Shown piece after piece: positions 26,783 through 39,538 of a stretch of 64,000 bases of DNA. Both the position numbers and the translations under genes were made by a program. The DNA comes from Octopus bimaculoides (Eukaryota), in contig NC_068983.1 in NCBI RefSeq assembly GCF_001194135.2, positions 42,628,150 through 42,692,149 on the forward strand, in the 5' to 3' direction. The notes beneath the pieces are model-generated. The model was not told the DNA's origin and made no database searches. It was given only the letters and a program-made list of their open reading frames with translations. Each line of letters begins with the position of its first letter. Position 1 is the stretch's first letter.

Positions 26783-27515
26783 NNNNNNNNNNNNNNNNNN
26801 NNNNNNNNNNNNNNNNNNNNNNNNNNNNNNNNNNNNNNNNNNNNNNNNNNNNNNNNNNNNNNNNNNNNNNNNNNNNNNNNNNNNNNNNNNNNNNNNNNNN
26901 NNNNNNNNNNNNNNNNNNNNNNNNNNNNNNNNNNNNNNNNNNNNNNNNNNNNNNNNNNNNNNNNNNNNNNNNNNNNNNNNNNNNNNNNNNNNNNNNNNNN
27001 NNNNNNNNNNNNNNNNNNNNNNNNNNNNNNNNNNNNNNNNNNNNNNNNNNNNNNNNNNNNNNNNNNNNNNNNNNNNNNNNNNNNNNNNNNNNNNNNNNNN
27101 NNNNNNNNNNNNNNNNNNNNNNNNNNNNNNNNNNNNNNNNNNNNNNNNNNNNNNNNNNNNNNNNNNNNNNNNNNNNNNNNNNNNNNNNNNNNNNNNNNNN
27201 NNNNNNNNNNNNNNNNNNNNNNNNNNNNNNNNNNNNNNNNNNNNNNNNNNNNNNNNNNNNNNNNNNNNNNNNNNNNNNNNNNNNNNNNNNNNNNNNNNNN
27301 NNNNNNNNNNNNNNNNNNNNNNNNNNNNNNNNNNNNNNNNNNNNNNNNNNNNNNNNNNNNNNNNNNNNNNNNNNNNNNNNNNNNNNNNNNNNNNNNNNNN
27401 NNNNNNNNNNNNNNNNNNNNNNNNNNNNNNNNNNNNNNNNNNNNNNNNNNNNNNNNNNNNNNNNNNNNNNNNNNNNNNNNNNNNNNNNNNNNNNNNNNNN
27501 NNNNNNNNNNNNNNN
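26783..27515. other. Largest assembly gap (others near 3.6, 7.6, 11.3, 13.6, 14.7, 23.5, 43.3, 47.5, 56.7 and 62.7 kb)
   Basis: N runs; these could hide exons. Confidence 1.
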
Positions 27516-27516
27516 N

Positions 27517-27569
<53 letters not shown>

Positions 27570-28278
27570 GCTTATTTCATATAATTATATATATATATAT
27601 ATGCTTATTATCCTTTCTTTCTTTTTAACTATTCATAGGCCAACCACAGAGAAAAAGTAAACGATTGATAACGACACTAAAAGGAGATAACTCCATTAAA
27701 TAGTAACATGGGAAATGGAAGTTATCTCCCTTACTCCACAAATTCAGAGGTAAGTTTTTATTTTGTTTCGTTTTTTTTTTTCTTCTTGTTTGCAATTGTT
27801 TCCAATGGGTTACCAGAAGACCTCAATAATTCTAAAGAACGGTGTGAAAGCAAGAAATTACATACTTAAAGCAGAATCCACAACAACGTGAGATAGCAAC
27901 TTACCGTCCAACCCAGGCAGAATGGAAAACGGACGTTAAACGATCCATATGTATTTATATCCACAAACACACATGTACAAATATCCCTCTTACATGCTTG
28001 GAAGTACAGATGAGAGAAAATCTAAACTACGTCTAGCAGAGTTTATTTTAGTCTAGTAGAAAATATAGTACAGGAAACAATTTAGTATCATGAACAGCTC
28101 CGTGTTGTAGACAATGTGGTACTGTAGTCAATTTGGCAATTAAGGTGTCCAAAAAGGCCAGTCATTGTGAAAAATGGAGAGAGAAACAAGGTATGATGGG
28201 GTTGGGAACATACGTACATGTTTGTGGCAGGCGGGTATTAGTCCTCTCCGAAAACTGCTGCTATGGGCGATGACTTAC

Positions 28279-28308
28279 AGTCATTTCCCCGTGTCTATGA
28301 GTCGTCTG
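28279..28308 (-). CDS. Candidate 27/30-nt in-frame micro-exon or short alternative first exon, (Q)TTHRHGEMT
   Basis: T-rich tract, tandem CAGCAG acceptor, open phase 0-0 frame, donor ACT|gtaagt; lies between the two AHCYL1 exons. Confidence 0.35.
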
Positions 28309-29096
28309 CTGACTGTTGATGACTCATAGACAAATAAAATAAAATAATAAAAATAGCCTTTACTTGAAACACTGGTAAGGGTTTAGTGATAGAAAGGGCA
28401 GTAAAATAATGCCTCAATACTTCAGTGCCACCTGACTGGCACCCATGCCAGCAGCACGTAAAATGCACCATTTGAGTGTGGCCAGTGCCAGTGCCACTTG
28501 ACTGGCATGTAAAAAGAAAAGCACCATTCATGCATGGCTGATGTCAGTGCCACCTGGCTGGCTCCCATACCAGTGGTATGTACAAACATCCATTACACGC
28601 TCAGAGTGGTTGGAGTTAGGAAGAGCATCCAGCTGTAGAAATATTACTAAATCAGATTGGGTCTTGGTGCAGCCTCCTGGTTTGCCAGTCCTCAGTCAAG
28701 CTGTCCAACCCATGCTGGCATGTAAAATGGACGTTAAAGGATGGTAATGATGAGCAGATGATGCCTCTCCATCACTAAAGTAACAAACCTCTAAGCCGTG
28801 GATATGTTTGGGCAGTAGTTACCTGTGACATTTTTACAAGGTTGGAGCGCAGATTCTACCTCAACCCCTTTTTGTCACCTGTTAATAGAAATGGAGACAT
28901 TGGGTTAATACTTTGACATGCCAATCCCCAATTGTTAACAAATGGTGGATACAGCATAGCACTACTACAGTGCATGCCCCACCATACTACTACTTCTACT
29001 ACTACTGCTGCTGCTGCTACTATATTCAGCAAATTTCCAGTGGTGTGAAAACGAAAAATATGACTTAGAAACAAATGAGATTATATATCAAAATAA

Positions 29097-29523
29097 CGGC
29101 ACATTAATGTGCGATACGCAACCAAATTCAGGCTCAACACTGGACTTAACAATCTACTTTAGTATCCAATATAGTATGATGCAGGGCAATAAACTCAGGA
29201 TACGATAGTGTGGAATACTAACCAATTTATAAGGAAAAGGTGGGGAGAAACCAGTTGTATACACAGCTTTACAGAATGCACATGTGTTTTAATTATTTTG
29301 GCATCTTGCTGAGTTTATATATTTAAAATAAGGGAGGCACATTAACGTGTAATACGTAACCAAACTCAGACTCAACACTGGACTTAGTAATCCACTTGAG
29401 TATCCAAACTGAGAAACGGATAGAGTGTTGAATACAAGCCAAATTATAGGGGAAAGGAAAAAACCCAATTGTATCCACAACTTTATAGAACATGTGTTGT
29501 AATTATTGCGGCATCTTGCTGAA
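29097..29523 (+). repeat. Diverged tandem duplication, two units of about 190-215 bp
   Basis: ggcacattaa...ctcaacactggactta...ggcatcttgctga at 29097-29313 and 29336-29523. Confidence 0.85.
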
Positions 29524-31999
29524 ACACGTATGTTCTATAAAGCTTTGAATACCACACTTTCTGCTTTTTATTTCACATATCATTGTATCAACCAGACAAG
29601 AGGATGTTGTACATTAACCACTGGTCACAATGCGCTTCCAATTCTTTCTTGATTGCCCTTCCTTTCCATCTTGGCCCAAATCGTTTAAATCATCTTCCCA
29701 TTAATGTAGAGACCTTCTAAGTGGCTTTATCCAATCCCTTCACAACCACTCAGAAACTGCAAAGGTCCAGTTAGTGTCTGTGAACCTTGCAACATGTCTG
29801 GCCTTACAGAACTTCTGCATTCAGCATTCTACAACCAGATACTAATCATCATCATTCAACGTCCATTTTCCTGTGCTTGCATGGGCTGAACAGAAGTTGT
29901 TGAGACAGATTTTCTACAGCCAGATGCCATTCCCGTCGCCAATCTGCACTTGTTTCCAGCTAATGTAAGATTTCCCAATTGCCAAACATATTTTTCACAG
30001 AAGATTGGAAACAGACAACATCACTTGTATGACAGTGATACCCATTTACAACCAACACATAATTTTAAGAAAAGGATACAAACAAATACATACAGTAAGG
30101 TACAATTATGAAAGAAGAAAATATGTACAATACTCCTTTATTTTTATCAAAAAAATTTTTAATTGGCCTCATTTTTGATATTTTCAGTGTCATTAATCAT
30201 AACTATAATAATACTTTTATCACAACTTTTAATTTTTTTGATAGAAATGAGTATCATTTTCTTTTTTCATAACTGTATACCTACTCTTACCCCTCCCCCT
30301 GTATATACATATGTGATGGTTCTTCCAGTTCCTGTCAACCGAGGCTTTAGTGGGCCAAAGGCTATCGTAAAAGACACTTGCTGAATGTGCCATGCAGTAG
30401 GACTGGACCCAAGAGCATGCTATTGGGAAACAAGTTTCTTAACCACACAACCACTATTGCATCTCAGTTAGACATGGACCAGTAAATAAGAATACAGTTG
30501 ATGCGAATGACAATTTCATCACTGACTAAACAAGCTCATTTTTGTTTATGTGATTCTTGTTGCTTTCCCTATTGCTCTCTGCCTTTCCAGTTCTTCACCC
30601 ACAAATCTATTTATCCCAGTTCTACTATTGAATACTTCATCTTCCCACCTCACTCCTCCAATAAAAAGCTCTCTCTGAAACCAGAACACATCTCTTTTTT
30701 ACCCCATGGAAGACACATCATCATTTAGTGATTAGAGTATTCAGATCAAACTGACTGACAATTCATCACCAGTGTCTTGAGGCTTTGCTGGTTCACTTTC
30801 ACCCTTTCAAGACTAACTGACCCTGTTTCTATGACGATAACTTCATATTTTGAACTCATCTAAATAAAAATAAAAAAATCTCTGCCCTGAAATTTGCATG
30901 TTAATATCGTTATAGGTGCAAGCATGACTGTGTGGTAAGAAGTTTGCTTCCCAACCACATGGTTCTGGGTTCAGTCCTGTCGTGTGGCACTTCGGGCAAG
31001 TGTCTTCTACAACAGCCTCAGACCAACCAAAACCTTGCGAGTGAATACAATAGACAGAAACTAAAAGAAGCATGTGTGTGTATATGTGTGTGTGTGTCTG
31101 TCTGTCTGTCCCCCACCACCACCTGACAACTGGTGTTGGTGCCTTTACATCCCCATAATTTACCGTTTTTGTGGAAGAGTCTGATACATTAAGCCCAGGC
31201 TCAAGTGCTGAGGTTGATTCATTTAACAAAAAAATTCTTCATGGAGGTGCAACAGCATGGCCACAATCTGTTCATGTAACAAGTAAAAGATAAAAGGATA
31301 GAGATTATCATTAAATGTTCATGTTCCAAGCTAATATGGGTTGGGTGGTATGGTAGGATCCAACAGGTCTGATGATTGCATTCTGCTCCAATGCTTGCTT
31401 TAGCACAGAATTAGGAAGGACATGCAGGATGAACTTCCCATTACCAATGTGGTTATGTTCCAAAAACCTGCTTTATAATGACAAAATTATTATACTAAAG
31501 TCTTTGCCATTTTCAAGATTAACTGAAACAGAAGCAGTGTATCTTTTAAAAAAAATACTGCACCAAAACGTTTAAAGTTACTGTGGGCCACATGCAAAGA
31601 AATACAAGAGCCCAGTAAAATAACATTGAAATAATTAGCTTCAAGAAAACTCCTGTGTGAAACTGATAATATTATCCAGCCTCAGCAATGAATAACGATT
31701 GTTTGGCTGTTTTCATTACAATTTGGCAGAATGACAACAACAAAAGATAAGCTCAAGAAATCATCAGTGGACTGATTTGAGCTGCTGATAGTGTATTCAC
31801 CACACGTTTTCGTTTTCCCTTAATACACATCAACACGCTTTCAGTAATGACAGACATTAAGACTTGATACAATCAGCATATAAGATTAATTATTTAAAAC
31901 TTCACTATGGCCTCACTAAAGACTCTTTACTTTACATGAACATGCAACATCATCATCATCATCATCATCATCAATAATCTATACAACCAATGCAGCTTT

Positions 32000-33450
32000 T
32001 ATTACGGCTCTATTGTTTTTTTCTGATGAATGTAGGAATACAAAAGACAAAACAGGAAAACTTGTGAAAGCAGAAAAGAGTCGATGGAAGAAACAGCTGA
32101 TATTAGTCACAACATCAAGTTGTACTTTAGTTAATACAAAATGCATAAACAAGGATCAATAAGCTGCTACAAAATCACAAGGCAGATAGTTTAGAGATGG
32201 AGCAGAGTTAATTGAAGTAGAGTAATCCGAGGAGAAACTTCTGAAATAGCTCAAGCGTTATCCAGATTATGAAAGTTACAGGAAGAATTATAACCACTGT
32301 TGCTTACAAAGAAGAATCAACCTCAAAGAGATGCAGTTCAGCTTTGTGCCAGAAAGCGGTTTCACTGATCACTAATGTCATTTCCCTAATGAAATAACTG
32401 CAGCAGAAATTACTTTCCTTGGAGCAAATCCAATGCTTTGCATTTGCCAATCCAGACAAGATTTTTGACAGGGTTCCATGGTGGTTGCTAAAGAAATTGA
32501 AAAACTTGTGAGGGGTGTTCATGCAACCCATACAGAGGCACAGTCAGCTAGGCAGCAACATGAGCAAAATGGCAATGAACCCAATGATGAATTCAGAGTG
32601 CAGATAGGAGTCTGTCAGGGCTCAATTCCCACTACATCATCATTTAACTTCTCTTTACCATGCTGGCAATGGGTCAGACAGTTTGAGAAGAGATGGCAAG
32701 CCAGAGAGCTGTACCAGGCTCCAGTTTGTTTTGACATGGCTTCAATGACTGGATTCCCTTCCTAACACCAACCACTTTACAGAATGTACTGGGTGTTTTT
32801 AATGTGGTACTAGCACAAGTGCTTTTTAAGTGGCACCAGCACAGGTGTATTTTAATTCTAAAGACTACGACAAAGGAATTTAAGACTAGATATTCATGCA
32901 GACTCCTGTACACTGACAACTTTTTTACAGGTAATTCTGTAGAAGAATTCAAGAAGAAATTAGAGATCTAGAAGCAAACATTTGAATGAAGACACCTCAG
33001 ATTTAACACAGCAAAGGATAAAAGTTAAAAAGTAGGAAAGAAGTTGTGAACCTGCTGTTCTCAGGAAATGACCATGCTTGATATGTAGAAAAGGAAGGAG
33101 TAAGCTGAAATTTATGATACATCCAGTGAAAACTATGGATACAGGTTTAGTGGTAAGTTAATGGTGATAGTAGACTTCTTATGTGGCAGATGTACAAGAG
33201 TAGCTAGGAGTAATTTGAAAGGCTTAGTCATTAGAACTGAACCTATAAGTGTTATGTCCCTCATCAAATACCAGTTTGCCTGACCATACAAAAAGCAGAC
33301 TCATTACTACATCACTAATGTCTATAAACTGATTATGATATTGTCAAAACATCCTCAAGTGTTTAAGTGACCAAAATGACTACAGTACTATATTGTCCTA
33401 TAACACGGAACTGTTCAGGATACGAAATTGTTTCCTGTACTATATTTTCT
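32000..33450 (+). mobile_element. Degenerate RTE-clade LINE, reverse transcriptase to C-terminal Cys region, interrupted by an RTE-tail insertion at about 32636-32850
   Basis: Decayed motifs in order: QFSFVP..TD, FAFANPDKIFDRVPWW (cf. FVDLEKAFDRVP), EFRVQIGVCQGS, RLLYTDN (cf. LLYADD), PCLICRKG; many stops and frameshifts. Confidence 0.85.
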
Positions 33451-35269
33451 ACCGGACTAGTCATTAACATATTGTGTACAATATTAGATATTTTTCAAAC
33501 ATTTTCTCATCAAATGCTTGAAAGAATTACATGAAGTAGATGGCATCTATAGTCACATCCTAAGTGGCTTAAATTTGTAGTTAGGCATCACTGTGAAAAG
33601 AAATGGAACAGAAATTTCAGTGAGTTATTACTCCCACTGACAAGTTTCTTTTCTTTCTTTTTTTTTGACAGAGTCTCCACTCACACTCCATCCAAGTCAC
33701 TCAGACCCCTCTCACTTTTACTCGCGTCATATTTTGAGATGCCACCTGGACACTCACTAATATCTAGCTCTTCATAGCTATTACTGGTTAATTGTTCCTC
33801 TCTCCTCAAGACATGAATAACCATGTAGTTCCTCTGCAAGAATTTGCTCTACCCCAATCATTTCTTGCCTTAACCCTCATCTGCTAACATGACATCTCCA
33901 CCCTCACTCTTGCAAGCTGCATGGTAACCTCACTAATGCTGGTCGTATGAGAAAAACACAAACTACATGTTGTAAAATGGTTGGTGTTGGGTCAAATATG
34001 GCCAGTTTCAATGCTAAAGGGTCAACAGGGTTAGAGATTTGTAGAAAAAATATGACAGGCAGGTGGAGGGGGATTGCATATGAATGGTGAGTTCGGGCAG
34101 TCGGGTAAAACTGCTAAGTAGGACCTGTGAGGGATGAGACAGAGTTGAGAGCCAGATAGATAGATGCATTGGGTAAGACTGGGTGAAAGTTGACACTGTT
34201 TGAGAGATGGTAAAAGTTGTGTAGAATTAGTAAAGGCAGCAAAATGAAGAAAGATCGTTATTTTGTAAGTGAGGCCTGAGGTAGGAAGCAAGTTCCTTAA
34301 CCACACACCCACATATATGAAATAATATTGTGCCATGTCCTGCTTAAGAGTAACATTTCACTACAAGTATTAGTTTCATTAAGCATTCTTCAGCTAAGCT
34401 GAATTCCAATTCCATTGTTATCGTTATTGAGGGTTTTTTTTTAAATGAGATTTTTGATAGAATTTCCTAGTTTTTTAATAGTAAGTTAACACTAGTTAAG
34501 CTAATATGCTGTCTTAGTTACACTAAGTGCGTGTGTAACTCAATGTTTTAAACTTGAGGCAGATCAACCAATACATAACTGCTACTATTAAAGGAGCCTC
34601 ACTTCATTTATGTAGTTTGTGAAAAATGATGATAAAAATGAGATGTGCTAATGATGGCATTGTGCCCAAGGGGCAGGGTCAAGGATAAGGTAATATGCTG
34701 AACAGAAATGAGAAGATAACAAAGCAGTTTAATTAAGTTGAAGAACTTTATAATTAGTAATTAGAAATAGAGAAATTTTGATAAGATTCTTAGGAAGTAA
34801 GAGTCAAGTTAATATATAATAGAAATATGAAAGATAAGAGGAACGAGAGAGAGGGAGGCAGAGAAAAGAGAGAGGAAGAGAAAAAAAGGAGAGAAAACAA
34901 AAATTTAAATATTCCTTATCATCAAGTTAATATCTATTGATTATTGTTGGTTTTGATATATAGCCTAAGGTCAGTCTTATTCCACACACACACATGTGTG
35001 TGTGTATACATATATGTATATATGTATATATGGCACGTAAAAGCACCATTTGAGCGTGGCTGTTGCCAGTACCGCCAGACTGGCCCTTGTGCCGGTGGCA
35101 CATAAAAGCAGCCACTACACTCACAGAGTGGTTGGCGTTAGGAAGGGCATCCAGCTGTAGAAACTGCCAAATCAGATTGGAGCTTTGTGCAGCTATCTTG
35201 TTCACCAGTCCGCAGTCAGATCATCCAACCCATGCTAGTATGGAAAGCGAACGTTAAACGATGATGATG

Positions 35270-35329
<60 letters not shown>

Positions 35330-35497
35330 ATAGTGTAAACATAGTTAGCGGTTATAACAACCAACTAACAGATCAAATATCCGTATATACCATCTGTATC
35401 CGTTATCCGTTTAATTATCCCGGGCATTGGTGTGCAGGCATACCATGCATGTAGAGTGCAGGTAATAACAAGATAAGAGTTTATGAGGAACCGATGC

Positions 35498-35695
35498 AAA
35501 TAATCAGAAAATGGAGAAAACCTCAGATTAACAAACACAGCAATTGGACCACGTTTATAACTTATTAATACAAAGCATAACAAGTAAGTGATGTCACCTA
35601 TTTGTTATGTCATGCTTTGTATTAAAAAATAAGCTATAAATTTGGTCCAATCGATGTCTTTGTCAATCTGAGGCTTTCTCCATTTTCTGATTATT

Positions 35696-35698
<3 letters not shown>
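35498..35698. repeat. About 200-bp imperfect palindrome
   Basis: aaataatcagaaaatggagaaaacctcagatt...gtaagtga-tg-tcacctat...aatctgaggctttctccattttctgattattt. Confidence 0.85.
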
Positions 35699-35734
<36 letters not shown>

Positions 35735-35851
35735 AAAAAGGTAGAATTATATTTTGTCCTTTAATTTGGAGGATTCCAAAACAGATTTCTAATATAGATT
35801 CTTCATATTTTGCTGGTAGTTTACAGGCGTAAATTTGCGGATATGACAATA

Positions 35852-36405
35852 ATATTTATATATGATGTGTTGTGAATTTATAGAAAGAAATCCCATAAAA
35901 CTCAACAATATTGTTAAAAATGGAGAAGAGATGTTGAAATTTAAGAGAATTTTAATTCATGCAAACAATCATTTCGAACAGAGGTATTAAAATCATGCAA
36001 ATTCATGGCTGAATAGAAATAAATTAATTAATTATATATCACTGTTCTCTTCAGTGCAAGAAGTAGAAACAAAAGATTATTAGAAAGGACTTCGTAAAGG
36101 AAATAGAGTATAATTTCGGATATCCATATTTGTCCTTATGAGAAAGAAATAAAAAATGTGAGTCTAGTTAGGTATAAACTAAAACTAACTCGACTCGTAT
36201 TTCTTTCTTAATTTGATTAATTCAATTATTTCGATTCAACCATTAATTTGCATGATTTTAATATTGCTTTTCAACATGATTGTTTGCAAGAATTAAAATT
36301 CTCTTAAATTTTAACATCTCTTCTCCATTTCTAACAAATTTGTTGAGTTTTATGGGATTCCTTTCCATAAATTCACATAACACACCATATATATAAATAT
36401 ATATA
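35852..36405. mobile_element. Foldback element with about 185-bp inverted arms in TA-rich flanks
   Basis: gtgttgtgaatttatagaaagaaatcccataaaactcaaca... is reverse-complementary to ...tgttgagttttatgggattcctttccataaattcacataacac. Confidence 0.8.
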
Positions 36406-36424
36406 TGTACTCATATGCACACAT

Positions 36425-36680
36425 GTGAAGGTGCATGGACAAGTGGTCAGTGGTGTTGCACTCATGAACATAAGATCATGGTTTCGATTTCTGGACCAGG
36501 CAGCATGTTGTCTTAAACAGAACACTCCATTTCCTGTTACTCCAGTCAACTATTCCAATCAGGGTCAATGTTGGCCTGCCTGGCTAGCAAGCAGGGTGGC
36601 ATCATTAGAAAGCTACAACAATGCAAAGCGCATTGTGATCAGTGATGTAACATCTAATAGTTTGGCTGACACCATGACAT
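36425..36680 (+). mobile_element. tRNA-derived SINE, family E (related copies 39560-39860 -, 48820-49060 -, 16465+)
   Basis: gaaggtgcatgg..agtggt head, ggtttcgatttc B-box, tgttgtcttaaacagaacact central block. Confidence 0.6.
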
Positions 36681-36929
36681 ACACATACATTCTAACTGTA
36701 AACTTGCTATATTTTTCTTCATTTTTTTTTTAATAAATACAGTAATATATAAGACCATTTTATGTGCCCTTCCTTTTTCATGACAGTAGGTGGTAATTAA
36801 AAATTTGGCTGCAATTTCTAGCAAGACAAGTGACCTTATAGAAACTTCCGCATTAACTCATTTATTTCATCAAAGTATCATAGGTTCTACCATCATTATC
36901 TTATGTCCATGTTTTATGCTTGCAAGGAT

Positions 36930-37390
36930 TGAACTGGTCATCACTAACACAGCATCTTCTCTGTTTGATGTAATTCTTTGCTGTCCCTTTTCCTGAGATC
37001 ACCCTTCATTACTACTTCCCATTTCTCCCTGGGTTTCTCCAAAGGCCCCTTCTACTCATCCACCCAACTAACTACCTCTTTACACCACTATCATGTCCAT
37101 ACAACTGTAGTCTTCTCTTTTCCACATTTATCCAATTCCTTCATTACCAATTTTTCTCTCCAGTATTTATTTATACACATTAACATTTCACATCCAGCAG
37201 AGCAAGCTCACTTCATTTCTTTCCACCTTCCATTTATCTTCCACAAAACCCATACTCCACTTCCATGCACCATGACTTCCCACAAAAACATTTTATTCAT
37301 TGCTCAGAGAGAGAATCCTCCAGTTGCCACCAGAGTCAAAAGCTCTGTTCTAACAATTATGCTTCTGACTCCTGAGGTTCTATATTAGAT
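36930..37390 (-). mobile_element. Degenerate RTE ORF2 C-terminal fragment
   Basis: Decayed match to the post-RT region (VATGGFSL..MVHGSGVW..WREKL..KPREKWEVVMKGDLR). Confidence 0.6.
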
Positions 37391-37509
37391 TTTGTGGGGT
37401 CCACACAAGCAAAACAGTACAATGGGGGCTCACAGTAGTATTTTAGGGGCTAATGAAAACAATTTTGCTTTAGATGTGTATCTCCTGTAAGAAACAACCA
37501 CGTTTCATA

Positions 37510-38176
37510 ATCATTGTCGTCATTTAATGTCCGCTTTCCATGCTGGCATGGGTTGGACAGTCTGACAGAGCTGGCAAGCCAGAAGGCTGCACCAGGCTCC
37601 AATCTAATTTGGCAAGGTTTCTACAGCTGGATGCCCTTCCTGATGCCAACCACTCCAAGAGTGTAGTGGGTGCTTTTTACATACCACCGGCATGAGGGCC
37701 AGTCAAGCGGTACTGGCATTGACCATGCTTGAATGGTGCTTTTTACATGCCACCGGCATGGGAGCCAGTCAGGCAGTGCTGGCAACGATCAAGCTTGAAT
37801 AGTGATTTTAACCAGCAAAGAACCCATCATGTGGCACTGGCATCGACCATACTCAAATGGGGCTTTTTGCATGCCACCGGCACAGGAGCCAGTCAGGCAG
37901 CACTGGCAACAATCACACTCGAATGGTGCCTTTTACGTGCCACCGGCACGGGTGCCAATCAGGAGGTGCTGTCATCGGCTACGACAATGATTTCACTTGC
38001 CTCAACAGGTCTTTGCAAGTGCTGTTTATTGCCCAATGATTGAAGGGTACTCTTAAATGGGTCGGTTATGCTGCACTGGCATAGGCCACAGTAACGGTCT
38101 CACTTGGCTTGCTGAGTCTTCTCAAGCACTGCATATCTCCAAAGATCTTGGTCGCCTGTCATCACCTTAGTGAGGG
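37510..38176 (-). mobile_element. 5'-truncated RTE LINE: ORF2 end, full 3' UTR and (GAT/GAC)n tail
   Basis: 38174-38100 translates to LTKVMTGDQDLWRYAVLEKTQQAK*, an RTE-like C-terminus. It is followed by tandem GGCACGTAAAA(A)GCACC sub-repeats and the GGAAGGGCATCCAGCTGTAGAAA...CCAACCCATGC...GACGTTAAA tail shared by dozens of copies in the window. Confidence 0.85.
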
Positions 38177-38888
38177 TTTCTTTCTTTACTCTACATAGTT
38201 CAACAGGTTTCCAACCACTGAAACCCGTTCCCAAAGAGAACGTTGTTGCAAACTTCCACAAGTGAATCGGTGAAAAACAAAATAGGAATTGTAAAACAAG
38301 TGTCTATAACTCATTTCTTTTTTTATTCTATTTGTTTCAGTCATTTGACTGCTGCCATGCTGGAGCACTGGCTTTACTCGAACAAATTGACCCCAGGACT
38401 TATTTTTTGTAAGCCCAGTACTTATTCTATCAGTCTCTTTTGCTGAACCACCAAGTTGCAGTGATGTAAACACACCATCATTGGTTGTCAAGTGATGGTG
38501 GGGGGACAAACACAGACATAAATACATGTATGAACACACACTGACACACATATATACGACAGGCTTCTTTCAGTTTCCATCTACCAAATCCATTCACAAG
38601 ACTTTGGTCAGCCCCAGGATATAGTAAAAGACACTTACTCAAGGTGCCATGCAGTGGTACTCAATGCAGAACCATGTAGTTGGGAAGCAAGCTTCTTACC
38701 ACACAGCCACTCCTGTGCCTCTAAGACTAATTTTTAAATATTAGTCATGCAGGGATCCAACAGGTAGAAAAAGGGAATCAAAGAGGTCCACAGGTAAAAC
38801 AGGATTGAGAACCACTGTTCTTGAATATCCAACTCCAAACTTAATTAGTTAACTACTTCTAGGGAGCTCTTAAGTGTAAGAAAAATAT

Positions 38889-39538
38889 TTAACCTTCCTC
38901 TTTTTACCATATTTCTAGAGAGCGCTTTTAAGTATAAAAGAAATATTTAACCTTTTGTTTTTTACCATATTTCTATTAAAATATAAACACTGCATTTATT
39001 TCTATAAATTTTGAAAATAACAAATTTAGTAAAATAATTTTGTCATGATTAAGTTGGTGTTGAGATTATAAATTAATGTGGAACTTTTGATGGGAAATTT
39101 AAATTTACATCACTTTATTTCTTTTTTGTTACCATATTTTTATTAAAATACACTGTCTTTATTACAATTAATTTATAAAATATGAAGACTGTAGGGAAAT
39201 AACTTTGCTGTTATTAATCTCGTATATGAAACAGAACATGAACTTTGGTAGGAGTTTTCAATTTAGATCACTTTAACCCTATTTTTCACCATATTTTTCA
39301 TCTAGATCTCTTTAACTCTTTTGTTAGTACATTCTTAGTGAATACACTGCCTTGTTTCAATTAATTTTTTGAAAGTAAGAATTTAGTAAAATAATTATTT
39401 CATTACTAAGTTAATGCTAGGAATGTTGAAACAATGTTTTGAAAATTTCAGACGGTTTAAATTTAATCATTTTAAAAGCAGAAGTTTAAATTACAGAACT
39501 AGGGGTAGCCTCAGGTGGACTGGTATCAAAAGGGTTAG
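38889..39538 (+). mobile_element. Second piggyBac-like MITE family with reiterated left ends (fragments also at about 9450- and 23770-)
   Basis: Several ttaacc...ttaccatatttct starts and a single right end ggtatcaaaagggtta. Confidence 0.55.

Noticed and set aside
37680-37990. Regularly spaced GGCAC..AAAAGCACC repeats resembling a CRISPR array
   Set aside because: Eukaryotic DNA; the spacers are themselves homologous sub-repeats of the RTE 3' UTR.
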